In this document: in pieces, positions 20,523 through 29,764 of the stretch
How positions within the stretch are numbered: position 1 is the first letter of the stretch
Layout: every line of letters starts with the position of its first letter
Source: Pseudobdellovibrionaceae bacterium
GTDB lineage: Bacteria; Bdellovibrionota; Bdellovibrionia; Bdellovibrionales; Bdellovibrionaceae
Length of the DNA: 64,000 nucleotides
Assembly (NCBI GenBank): GCA_043730825.1
Contig: JAYTJV010000005.1
Location: forward strand, 4,402-68,401
Direction of reading: 5' to 3'
Position numbers and translations under genes: made by a program
Notes under the pieces: model-generated
Told to the model about the DNA's origin: nothing
Seen by the model: the letters and a program-made list of their open reading frames with translations, nothing else
Database searches by the model: none

Positions 20523-21197
20523 GTGACATTAGTTAAGCTCACCGGCGTTAAAAAATCATACAAACTTGGCGAGACCGTTGTGCCAGCATTGCGCGGAATT
20601 AACCTCGAAATTAAGGCAGGCGAATTTACAAGTGTTATTGGTGTTTCTGGCTCAGGGAAAAGCACGCTTTTAAATTTAGTAGGATGTTTAGATCAGCCAA
20701 CTGAAGGTTCGATTACAATTGCGGGCAAAGAAATTACCAAGATGAATGAAATTCAACAGTGTGATTTAAGAAACGAAAAAATTGGATTTATCTTTCAGTC
20801 ATTTAATCTTGTTCCAGTCTTAAATGTTTGGGAAAATATAGAGTTGCCGTTGTTAGTGAAAGCAAAACTACCATTGAGCGAAAGACAGAATCGGGTTGCA
20901 ACTGTGATTAAAGCAGTTGGCTTAGAAGAGTTTAAAAAACACCGACCAGATCAACTTTCCGGGGGGCAAAGACAGCGCGTTGCAATTGCTCGTGCGCTAG
21001 TTACGAATCCATCTTTGGTTTTAGCAGATGAGCCTACTGCGAACTTAGATTCTAAAACGGCCCATATGATTTTAGATTTGATGGCAGATTTAAATAAAAC
21101 TCAGAATGTGACTTTTTTATTCTGTTCTCATGACGAAAAATTAATTGGCCGGGTTGGTAGGATTGTTAGAATTGAAGACGGAGTCATCGTCGAATGA
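20523..21197 (+). CDS. ABC transporter ATP-binding protein (LolD/MacB type)
   Basis: Walker [24 protein letters not shown] signature, Walker [12 protein letters not shown] start. Confidence 0.9.
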   Translation: MTLVKLTGVKKSYKLGETVVPALRGINLEIKAGEFTSVIGVSGSGKSTLLNLVGCLDQPTEGSITIAGKEITKMNEIQQCDLRNEKIGFIFQSFNLVPVLNVWENIELPLLVKAKLPLSERQNRVATVIKAVGLEEFKKHRPDQLSGGQRQRVAIARALVTNPSLVLADEPTANLDSKTAHMILDLMADLNKTQNVTFLFCSHDEKLIGRVGRIVRIEDGVIVE

Positions 21198-22492
21198 TGT
21201 GGAAATTATCTTTCCGAAATTTATTTCGAAATAAGCGTAGAACGGTTGCTACGGGAGCTGCTGTTATCGCAGGATTTGTCGGATTAACGCTTTTAGGTGG
21301 ATTTATTTTCAGAGTCGAAAAAGGTCTAAGATCTAATTCCGTTTATCTTCAGAATAAAGGTCACGTGACTATTTTTAAAAAAGAGGGTTTGCAAAGATTT
21401 GCAACCAGACCTTCTTTTTACCAGCTAACTTCAGCTGATCAGGAAATTGTAAAAAAATATATTCAGAAATATGCAGATAATATCGAGTGGACCGGAAAAG
21501 CACTAACAGGCGCTGGCCTTATCAGTAACGGAGAAAAATCTGTTCCCTTCATGTCGGTCGGTGTCGACGTGCTGACTTTGGAAAAAAGCTTTAGTCATAC
21601 TGAAGTGACTAAATGGGCTGAAGATTTTTTAACTGAAGACAGTGTCAACTTTAACAACGCTGTAAAAAATGATCCCCTTTCAATTTCAATAACATCAAGA
21701 CTTGGGGAGCTCATCCAGCGAAAAGCTCCGTTTGAACAATTGCCTATCGAACAAAGATCTGTGCAACTAGCGGGAATGAATTTCTACGGAGATTTAAATG
21801 CAATTGATGCTACACTCACAGTTAATCATTCAACAGGCTCAGAACTTTTAGAAGACGCTGGTCTGCTGGCGCCCTTTGAGCTTTTGCAGGAACTTTACAG
21901 CACTGATGGTGCGCATTACCTGATGATTTATCTAAAAGATGATTCCAAAATTTCAAATATCGTTCGGGAATTAAATGAGACATTTAAAAAAGAAAATTTA
22001 CCATACGATGCTTACCCATTTGACGATCCGGCAATCTCACCAAATTATGTGGGTTCAATGGGTTTTTTATATGCAATGACAGGATTTTTTATTTTTCTTA
22101 TTTGCGGAGCAGTAGCTTTATCAATCGTGAATTCTTTGACAATGGGTATTTTGGAAAGAACGCGTGAAATTGGTACTTTCCGGGCAATTGGTTATAGACC
22201 TTCGCAAATTTCTTGGATGATGACACAAGAAGCACTCTGGCTATGTGTTTTAAGCGGTGTTATTGGGGTTATACTGGCAGCTATTATAGCTGTTATCGTT
22301 AATAGTATGCACTTTACATTTTCCCCGCCTGGCATTGCTGCAGCTCTTCAATTTACCTTGTCAATTAATGCAGTTTTAGTTTCGATTATTACATTCTTGT
22401 TTCTATTATTAGTTGGACTGACCTCTTACCTTGTAACTCACTTTAAACTTAAGATGAAAGTCGTAGACCTTTTATCTGATTCGGGGGCATAA
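21194..22492 (+). CDS. ABC transporter permease, FtsX/LolC/E-like (1 of 2)
   Basis: N-terminal TM, a large periplasmic domain, and a C-terminal three-TM FtsX region with the ERTREIGTFRAIGY motif. 4-nt overlap with the ATPase gene. Confidence 0.85.
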   Translation: MMWKLSFRNLFRNKRRTVATGAAVIAGFVGLTLLGGFIFRVEKGLRSNSVYLQNKGHVTIFKKEGLQRFATRPSFYQLTSADQEIVKKYIQKYADNIEWTGKALTGAGLISNGEKSVPFMSVGVDVLTLEKSFSHTEVTKWAEDFLTEDSVNFNNAVKNDPLSISITSRLGELIQRKAPFEQLPIEQRSVQLAGMNFYGDLNAIDATLTVNHSTGSELLEDAGLLAPFELLQELYSTDGAHYLMIYLKDDSKISNIVRELNETFKKENLPYDAYPFDDPAISPNYVGSMGFLYAMTGFFIFLICGAVALSIVNSLTMGILERTREIGTFRAIGYRPSQISWMMTQEALWLCVLSGVIGVILAAIIAVIVNSMHFTFSPPGIAAALQFTLSINAVLVSIITFLFLLLVGLTSYLVTHFKLKMKVVDLLSDSGA

Positions 22493-23233
22493 ATGATAAA
22501 AAATAATTTTTTTAAAACAATCTTTGCTGTAGTTATTTTTTCAGGAACGGTGTTTGCACAAGTGGATCTGGAACTTTTAAAGGCATCAGACCGTGCTCGT
22601 GGAAGTTTGGAAGGCGGACTGACTTGGGAAAGTGAAGTCACAACTGTCGAAGACGGGGAATCTTCAGTTCGAAAATTTAAAGTTCGAGCCAAGGGTGTTA
22701 ATGCAAACGTTGAAGCTCTAGAGCCTTCACGCAATAAAGGTGAGATGTATTTATTCAATGATCGCACAATGTGGTTTTTTAAGCCGTCTTTGAAAAAGCC
22801 AGTTGCGATTTCTTCCCGTCAGAAACTAACGGGCCAAGCAGCGATCGGTGATATCGCGTCTACTCACTATGCCCGGGACTATACGCCGACAATTGAAAAG
22901 ACCGAGACCATTAACGGAGAAAAAGTATACGTCCTGATGTTGAAAGCGAAAGCTAACAACTTAACCTATGATCAAATTCGGTATTGGATCTCTGATAAAT
23001 CAAAGCGCGCAATTAAGGCCGAGTTTCTAACTTTGCAAGGTCAGCCATTTAAAAGAGCAACTTTAGAATACGCTAATAAAGTAACAGTTAACGGTAAGGC
23101 TATAGATTTCGTTAGTAAAATGGAAATCGTTGATGCGAAGTTTGAAAATAACAAATCAATCCTTCGCTATATCAGTCCAAAATTAGAAGAGCACAAAGAA
23201 ACAATCTTTAACGTGAACAATTTGAAAAGATGA
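22493..23233 (+). CDS. LolA-like outer-membrane lipoprotein-sorting protein
   Basis: Signal peptide plus the pattern ...GEMYLFNDRTMWFFKPSLKKPVAISSRQKLTGQAAIGDIAS..Y, which I recognise from LolA-like 'lipoprotein-sorting' proteins encoded beside FtsX permeases. The ATG immediately follows the upstream stop. Confidence 0.7.
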   Translation: MIKNNFFKTIFAVVIFSGTVFAQVDLELLKASDRARGSLEGGLTWESEVTTVEDGESSVRKFKVRAKGVNANVEALEPSRNKGEMYLFNDRTMWFFKPSLKKPVAISSRQKLTGQAAIGDIASTHYARDYTPTIEKTETINGEKVYVLMLKAKANNLTYDQIRYWISDKSKRAIKAEFLTLQGQPFKRATLEYANKVTVNGKAIDFVSKMEIVDAKFENNKSILRYISPKLEEHKETIFNVNNLKR

Positions 23234-24552
23234 AAATACTAGCTGCTATAGCTTTTAGAAATGCATTTAAGAACTGGCGACATAGCCTTGCTGCCATTAT
23301 TTCTATTTCAGCAGGCTTTCTGTCTTTGGTTCTTTTTCAAGGTTACATTACGGATGTTAATCACATGTACGAAGAAGGCTACACTCATCGTGCAATGTAC
23401 GGTCACTTACTTATTGAAAACCCCGAGATTCAATCAGCAGAAGGCCGTGCAAGATCAGAAGACTTCTTAATTCCGATTGAAGAACAACAAAAGGTTAATC
23501 AGTTTTTAAAGGAAAACGCTGCAGATGTTAAAGAAACAGTTCGTTTTTTGCCAGCAACGGGAATGGTTACAAACGGTAAAAATTCGTTTATTTTTGTGGC
23601 CATGGGTTATGATATTGATGCTGGCGCCATAATGAGAGCACCAAATTGGACTTGGGAAACTCTTTATGGGGTTCCGCTTCATGTTGCGAAAGATCCTCAA
23701 GGTGTGGTCTTAGGTCAATCATTAGGATTTTTGCTTGGTTGTGTTGCTGTAAAAAAAGATACAACGATGGTTCAAAACTCTGGATACGTTCCAGAAAATA
23801 GGCCTTTCCAGTGCCAAAGAAGTTCAATCCAAGTTTCGGCCAACACTGTAACTGGTCAATTGAATGCTCTCGACCTTAATGTCGTTGGATTAATTGATGG
23901 TGGCTATAAAGATATTGATGAAAAGTGGATGAAAATTTCACTCGAGAATGCGCAGATGCTTTTGAATACCGATAAAATCAGATTCCAATCTGTCTTATTA
24001 AAAAACGATAGCAAGATGGATCAATTTGTTTCTAAATTTAATGATTTTTCAAAAGCCCAAGGTTTAAAGCTTCACGCAATTAAATGGTATGATCATAAAA
24101 TTGCTGATCTTTTCAAACAGACAAAAAGTTTACTGGGGATTTTTCAAACGTTTATCGTAACTGTTATTCTAACGATCGCATGTCTTTCAGTTTTGAACAC
24201 GGTAGTGAAAAGTGTAAAAGAAAGAACGCGAGAAATTGGAACATTAAGAAGCATCGGCTTCACGGGTCGACAAGTGGGACTTATTTTTTCGATGGAAGCT
24301 TTGTACCTTAGCATGATGGGAGTAGTCGTTGGTGCGACTGTCGCGATTATCACAACTTTTGCAATTAACCAGGCTGGAATTTTATATCGTGCGGGATTGT
24401 TATCTGAACCTATTATCTTTAGAATCGGTTATGATTTTAAGGCTTACTTACTTTGTACAGTATTACTTGGAATTCTTTCTGTTCTTGCCAGTCACTTAGC
24501 TGCCAAGTCGACAGTTCGAGCTCCCGTTTCCCAGAACCTTACACATGCATAA
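23230..24552 (+). CDS. ABC transporter permease, FtsX/LolC/E-like (2 of 2)
   Basis: Same architecture as 21194-22492, with the ERTREIGTLRSIGF motif. 4-nt overlap upstream. Confidence 0.85.
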   Translation: MKILAAIAFRNAFKNWRHSLAAIISISAGFLSLVLFQGYITDVNHMYEEGYTHRAMYGHLLIENPEIQSAEGRARSEDFLIPIEEQQKVNQFLKENAADVKETVRFLPATGMVTNGKNSFIFVAMGYDIDAGAIMRAPNWTWETLYGVPLHVAKDPQGVVLGQSLGFLLGCVAVKKDTTMVQNSGYVPENRPFQCQRSSIQVSANTVTGQLNALDLNVVGLIDGGYKDIDEKWMKISLENAQMLLNTDKIRFQSVLLKNDSKMDQFVSKFNDFSKAQGLKLHAIKWYDHKIADLFKQTKSLLGIFQTFIVTVILTIACLSVLNTVVKSVKERTREIGTLRSIGFTGRQVGLIFSMEALYLSMMGVVVGATVAIITTFAINQAGILYRAGLLSEPIIFRIGYDFKAYLLCTVLLGILSVLASHLAAKSTVRAPVSQNLTHA

Positions 24553-25798
24553 ATTTTTATATTTTTTCTTATTATTTTGGTCTCATTTTGCATTAGCGGA
24601 AAATACTTACCGCTTTGATATTTATGGCTCTAGCACATTTAGGACTTGGAACGAAGATTCTCCGTTTAACCCGAATAATGTATTGGGCGCTCCAACTTGG
24701 ACGCATACTTTAGAAATGCGACCTGACTTTCAGTTTAACTTGACCGAAAAGCATTCACTTGTTTTGAGGTCTCGCCACTTTTTACAAAGTTTTGAAACTG
24801 AATTTACCAAACCTGATAGGAAACGTTCTACTCAAGACGAAGATTCAGATTTAAGCGATTTGTTTTTTTCTTCAAGCTGGTCAGATTCATTTGGTACTAC
24901 AGTTGGCCTTCAAAACTATCAGTGGGGACCTGCGGAAATATTTTCTCCGTCAAATCCGTTCTTTCACTTTGATACGAATCAAAGAAGTTTTTTCTTCAAG
25001 GAAAAAGGCCGGGCACTTGTCCGGGCAAATTGGAATCCCGATCCAAATTCAAACCGTTGGTCTGTTGTTGGAATGTATGAACCTATAGACAACAACACCA
25101 GGTTTTGGACCGCAGACCGAGATTTTGATCCGCGCTCTGCTTTGAAAGTTGAGTATCAATTTGAAAATCCGGCAAACGCTTTTGCATTTGTTGGGGGTCA
25201 AGGTGAATACATGCGAGGATTCATCGGCGAATATTTTACCTGGTCATGGACAGAGGGCATTTCGTTATACGGGGATATGCAACACCGGCAGGGTCGAACG
25301 AATTACGTGCCCCAAAGAAACACATTCGGAGCTTATGATTTAGTCGAGGCAGATGATAACCAAGTTTATTCTTTGGCGGTTTTAGGATTTCGCTGGGAAG
25401 GCCGAGTTGATTTCAGGCAGGAGTTTATCTTAAACGAAGCAGGCTATGATTCTGACGAATGGAAACAGGTAAGAAGATCCGCCACAACACTTTCTCCGAA
25501 TCTGCTGACGAACGTAGGTCGTTTTGCATCGCCAGGTTTGGAATTTCGCACTCAAACTTATTCTTATACGTCATTAAGGATTCCAGACTTAGGCGCAAGC
25601 AAGATGGCAAGCGTCGGTGCTAGGTGGTTATCAAGCTTAGAACATTTTTCCTCCGTTATACAATTAAACTACGAGTACAATTGGAATGATCACTTGGTGA
25701 TTTCTTTAGAAGGTCTGCAGTTTATGGGTAGCGATAATAGTGAATTTAAAATTGTCGATAATCAGCAAGCCTCAATCGGCTTTCGCTGGAGTTATTAA
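24545..25798 (+). CDS. predicted outer-membrane beta-barrel protein of the export module
   Basis: Signal peptide MHKFLYFFLLFWSHFALA, aromatic-rich beta-strand-like sequence, C-terminal IGFRWSY. 8-nt overlap with the upstream permease. Confidence 0.55.
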   Translation: MHKFLYFFLLFWSHFALAENTYRFDIYGSSTFRTWNEDSPFNPNNVLGAPTWTHTLEMRPDFQFNLTEKHSLVLRSRHFLQSFETEFTKPDRKRSTQDEDSDLSDLFFSSSWSDSFGTTVGLQNYQWGPAEIFSPSNPFFHFDTNQRSFFFKEKGRALVRANWNPDPNSNRWSVVGMYEPIDNNTRFWTADRDFDPRSALKVEYQFENPANAFAFVGGQGEYMRGFIGEYFTWSWTEGISLYGDMQHRQGRTNYVPQRNTFGAYDLVEADDNQVYSLAVLGFRWEGRVDFRQEFILNEAGYDSDEWKQVRRSATTLSPNLLTNVGRFASPGLEFRTQTYSYTSLRIPDLGASKMASVGARWLSSLEHFSSVIQLNYEYNWNDHLVISLEGLQFMGSDNSEFKIVDNQQASIGFRWSY

Positions 25799-26763
25799 GC
25801 TTTTAAAATTTTTGTCTTTAATTCTGCGATAATTTCTTCGGCAACTATCTTGCTTTGTTTATTACAAATGGCCGGGTGCACTTTGATCGTGATACTTCGA
25901 TTTCCACACCATTCAATTGTTGTGATGCCAATAGGGTAGGCATGAGATCCTGGCGGAGCAATAACCCAGTTGCGGTCTTTTACGGAAGACATCATAAGTG
26001 GTTCTTGATCCCAAACTCCCAAGTCTGAAAAACTTCCCATCCAAAATGAACGATTAGTCCCTTGTTTTACTAGCCAGCGCATTCCATTTAACCCAACCCA
26101 TCTTCCGATATGAGCCAGTTCCCAGAAAGCCCAGTATACGCCAGCTTTGAGATCAGACTTATATTTTTCGAAAGACCGTTTTACTGCTTCAGGATTATTT
26201 ATTCCAACAAGCTCAGTTGGAATAAAGCTAACAAAGTTCTGCCCAGCTGGTGCATTTGGGAAAGCTCCGCGCAAATCAACTGGCGAAAGCCATACGCCTT
26301 TATCTTGCGGGTTTTTATAAAGCTTTAGTTTAATAATTTGATCAATCTCTGAAACAATAAAAAAACTTAAATTTAAGCTTTTCGATTTAGCCAACGTCTT
26401 TAATTTTTCATTTTCGCCAATAGTTAAAAACCAATAACTAACTTCATCAGGTTCACCTGATTGAGTACTAATTGAAAAATGCTTCCATGGATTGTGCGGA
26501 AGACGAGGGTGAATCAAAAGACCTTTTAACAAAAGATAGAAGTGAAGAAACGAAGCTGGCTTTTTCAAATGCCTTATTGGTGCCTTGATTTCAATTCCTT
26601 CTTGCTGAAGAAGAGATTGAATTTTTCCAAACCCATCAGCTTCCCGGTGATGAAAATGAACTTTTTTGAAAGTTAGGCCCTTATCCTGATACATCATCGT
26701 GGCCATGTCGGATTGGCCCATTTCGGCGCGAATCTCAAACCATTTTGCGGCCCAGTCGATCAT
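25795..26763 (-). CDS. hypothetical protein with HHxxxDG acyltransferase-type motif
   Basis: VHFHHREADGFG contains HHxxxDG, the catalytic motif of condensation / WS-DGAT / PapA-type acyltransferases. The motif sits unusually close to the N-terminus (about residue 37). 4-nt overlap with the upstream gene. Confidence 0.55.
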   Translation of the reverse strand: MIDWAAKWFEIRAEMGQSDMATMMYQDKGLTFKKVHFHHREADGFGKIQSLLQQEGIEIKAPIRHLKKPASFLHFYLLLKGLLIHPRLPHNPWKHFSISTQSGEPDEVSYWFLTIGENEKLKTLAKSKSLNLSFFIVSEIDQIIKLKLYKNPQDKGVWLSPVDLRGAFPNAPAGQNFVSFIPTELVGINNPEAVKRSFEKYKSDLKAGVYWAFWELAHIGRWVGLNGMRWLVKQGTNRSFWMGSFSDLGVWDQEPLMMSSVKDRNWVIAPPGSHAYPIGITTIEWCGNRSITIKVHPAICNKQSKIVAEEIIAELKTKILKA

Positions 26764-27896
26764 AGAAATCCCACCTCAAGGTGAGAAAAGTCATTTATTT
26801 CGCTAAATATCGGTGACGTCTTTTCTGTGGTCACTTTATAAAGTGCACCTTCAATAGATGTAACAAGGTAACCTCTTTTGCTAAGGGGTAGAGGTTCTTG
26901 TTCTGGCTTATCCCAACGATTAATTGAAAGAATACTAAATTGTTTTTCTTTCGGTAATTGATTGTTCTGATACCAAAAGTGATCTGCAAACTGCATTAGA
27001 TGGTTATCATCTTCATTCGTAAAAGACTTAAATAGCATGAGTTGAAGAATTTCGATTGGCTCGTTTAATTTGACACTTCGTTTACCAAAAAGCGGGAGAA
27101 GGCCTGCCATAAAGTTTAAATAAGCTGGCCACTTCTTGATCAGAGTCTTCTTAACCTTAGATGTTAAAGCTGGAAGTACGAACGCTTTTGCGATTCCATT
27201 TTCTTCTAAAACTTGAAAATCTTTAAAGTTTTTTTGAAAAACGCCAAGCGTGCGAACCAAATCAGATTCAATCCAGCTTAATTTATCTTGGTTACATAAT
27301 ACTTTTATCACTGTGGGAATTTCTGATTCCTTTACTTGCCGGATCGTTGATTTAGGCTTTGAAAGCGGTTTCCAGCGCCCCCAGATCGAGTGCGATTGAT
27401 AAGTATTAGCAATGTCATAACTAAAATCACCAGGCCGCTTTTTCTTAATCAAGGCTTTCTGTGCAAGTTTATTTTCATTCCAAACAAGAGTAACAAAACC
27501 GATGCAGCCACCGAACTCTTCAATTTCAGGCGAAAGTTCAACTCCGTGGCCATAAAATTTCCGCCACTGGAGGCGGGCGTCTCGGTCTAACTGCGGAGTT
27601 GTTCTTAGGTCGCTGGTGTAACCAATTGATATCGGCAGACCGTTCCAGCAGAGTTTACGAAACGTTGAAACGGCGAAGCCGTGTGGCGTTCCATCCTTAT
27701 TAACAAAGACAAATACAAAAGCCCGATCTCCCTGGGCGTCTAGAAAATAATAAAAGTCAGGTTTTCGATCAAAAGATATTTGGAGTGCTTCAGAACTGAT
27801 AGAGGTCTGATCAATAAGCGAGAAAATAGCATCCTGTTGGCTTGGATCTGCAATTTTCATTCGTGGATATTGATCAAGAAGCTCCTGAAATTTCAT
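26760..27896 (-). CDS. hypothetical protein (no motif recognised)
   Basis: 378-aa ORF translationally coupled on both sides within the operon. Soluble-looking. Confidence 0.55.
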   Translation of the reverse strand: MKFQELLDQYPRMKIADPSQQDAIFSLIDQTSISSEALQISFDRKPDFYYFLDAQGDRAFVFVFVNKDGTPHGFAVSTFRKLCWNGLPISIGYTSDLRTTPQLDRDARLQWRKFYGHGVELSPEIEEFGGCIGFVTLVWNENKLAQKALIKKKRPGDFSYDIANTYQSHSIWGRWKPLSKPKSTIRQVKESEIPTVIKVLCNQDKLSWIESDLVRTLGVFQKNFKDFQVLEENGIAKAFVLPALTSKVKKTLIKKWPAYLNFMAGLLPLFGKRSVKLNEPIEILQLMLFKSFTNEDDNHLMQFADHFWYQNNQLPKEKQFSILSINRWDKPEQEPLPLSKRGYLVTSIEGALYKVTTEKTSPIFSEINDFSHLEVGFL

Positions 27897-28933
27897 TAAC
27901 CTTGTATAACAGTATTATAGAAAATTTCAAAGCCCTCCTTGGGGGTTCTGACAACTGTCTGTAAATACGGATGAGCTTCATCTAGCTGTAGTCGTAAATA
28001 CTCGTGTGCGGCCTGCAAATTGTAATATGGAATCTGAGGCGCTAAATGGTGCAGTGAATGATATTGCATTCCTGCAGGTGCCCAAAGGAAAGATAGAAAT
28101 TTCTTTTCGATAGTAAATGAATCTCTTAACTGAGCGAGTGGCGTAAGCATTTCTCCTGGATTGTCGTACCTGTGCGCAATTCGGGCTCTCCAAACATTTA
28201 CGAAAGCGCCCACAACCATTAAAGAAAACCAAATAAGAACGAGTTCAGGCTTAACAAGACCTGTCGCCACTAAAGCAACTTGGCCTACGAAGAACAATGC
28301 GCACAAATTCTCTTCCATGCGAGATTGTTTTGATTCTTCTTCTTCAGGTAAAAGTCTAATGTATTTTGGATTTACAACAATTGTTGATGCCCTTTGAAAT
28401 ATCGCAAGCCTCCACTTTTTAGGGAATGCCCAAGAAATTATCGGTAAAATTCCAAAGCGAAGAATTAAAAGTAGTGGAGAAAGTAATCCAATTAAAAACG
28501 GCTTTAAGAGCGTCTTTGTTCCAGAGCCTTTTAGATAAGCGTATTCAGGGTCTTGAGCAGTTCCAAATGTATTAGGTAGGTGGTGGTAGCGGTGTGGATC
28601 GTGAACGAAAAATGGAATTCGGCAAGGAAACCCAAAAAACAAATTATAGAGTAATCGGTAGCCCTTTATTTTTTTATTAAAGTGGACAACTTCGTGAATA
28701 AACATCAATCCACGGTAGAAAGCCGAGTAAGAAATCACAACTAACAAAAGTTTTGCTATAAGTGGAATAGATTCAATTTGAAGAGAAAAAAACGATAACC
28801 ATGCAACAAAACCCGTAACACTCAAATCTAAGTAGAATATTACGGGTTTGATATTAAAAAACGGTTTTAATTGCTCGAGTAGGCTGCGGACGATTTCCCG
28901 CTCAGTTGAATACTGGGACTTGTTCGAGTTCAT
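27896..28933 (-). CDS. membrane fatty-acid desaturase family protein
   Basis: Three histidine boxes in canonical order, HEVVH, HRYHH and HSLHH, with flanking hydrophobic TM segments. Confidence 0.85.
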   Translation of the reverse strand: MNSNKSQYSTEREIVRSLLEQLKPFFNIKPVIFYLDLSVTGFVAWLSFFSLQIESIPLIAKLLLVVISYSAFYRGLMFIHEVVHFNKKIKGYRLLYNLFFGFPCRIPFFVHDPHRYHHLPNTFGTAQDPEYAYLKGSGTKTLLKPFLIGLLSPLLLILRFGILPIISWAFPKKWRLAIFQRASTIVVNPKYIRLLPEEEESKQSRMEENLCALFFVGQVALVATGLVKPELVLIWFSLMVVGAFVNVWRARIAHRYDNPGEMLTPLAQLRDSFTIEKKFLSFLWAPAGMQYHSLHHLAPQIPYYNLQAAHEYLRLQLDEAHPYLQTVVRTPKEGFEIFYNTVIQG

Positions 28934-29579
28934 GTGCAGCTTCCTGTTTTCTGTAAGCTAAGCGCTTACGAAATAAACGTTTACCCAAGAAGCGTGCAAC
29001 ATAGGCTGGTTCTCTATAAAAAGCTCGAATAACTGCATGAATTGAACCCATTTCAACAATCTCTGTAGCTTGTTCAGTCATGCCTGGAATAAAGACTACG
29101 CCTTCGAAAATTCTGCAAGGTTTACAAATACTGTACATTTCTCCGAGCTTCTTTTTAGAGGCATCGTAAGAGTAGAGAAGGTACGACTTCCCTTTGATTG
29201 TCTGAGCAACAAGGTCCATGAAGAGTCTAAGCCAGAATTTTGCACGGAAAGTGCCATTCTTTAACATGGGATGAATCCAAAGACCTGTTAGTTCAAAACA
29301 CTTATCTAGTTTTTCTTGAAGTTCCTTATGATCCTGAACGATAGCTTGAGGAAGTTGCTCGAGAACTCTGAAGGGGCCTTTAAGCGCAACAATATAACCA
29401 CCGAACATAGACTGAATATCTCCATCATCGTTCTCTGTAACAAGGGCTACAACCTTAGAGCGCTTTAAATAATCGAGTGGATATTCAACGTCGATATAAC
29501 GTTTCGTGAATGTGCTGTAAGCAATTAAGTGAGCATCGCTTGTGATTTCGCGAAATATAATCGGTGATTTCTGAGCCAT
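28902..29579 (-). CDS. hypothetical protein, first gene of the sigma-54 operon
   Basis: 225-aa ORF with GGGGGAGA Shine-Dalgarno 5 nt upstream of the ATG at 29579. Overlaps the desaturase start by 32 nt. No confident family assignment. Confidence 0.6.
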   Translation of the reverse strand: MAQKSPIIFREITSDAHLIAYSTFTKRYIDVEYPLDYLKRSKVVALVTENDDGDIQSMFGGYIVALKGPFRVLEQLPQAIVQDHKELQEKLDKCFELTGLWIHPMLKNGTFRAKFWLRLFMDLVAQTIKGKSYLLYSYDASKKKLGEMYSICKPCRIFEGVVFIPGMTEQATEIVEMGSIHAVIRAFYREPAYVARFLGKRLFRKRLAYRKQEAAHELEQVPVFN

Positions 29580-29625
29580 TTTGTCTCCCCCATTTAGCCA
29601 TTCCTTAGGCTACTTATTGACAATA

Positions 29626-29640
29626 GCAACGAAAGTGCCA
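29626..29640 (-). promoter_or_regulatory. sigma-54 (-24/-12) promoter
   Basis: The minus strand reads TGGCACTTTCGTTGC, which matches consensus TGGCAC-N5-TTGC with correct GG-N10-GC spacing. The GC lies 47 nt upstream of the ATG at 29579. Confidence 0.6.
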
Positions 29641-29764
29641 GTCAAGATTTCGTCAGCGCGGTTTTATTTGATTACATCGGGGCCAAATAGGCACCAATGA
29701 GATGAAATCCGAACTAAGTTGTAATTATCTCTCGGTAGATGCATCTCGATAATGAAAGAAATAA

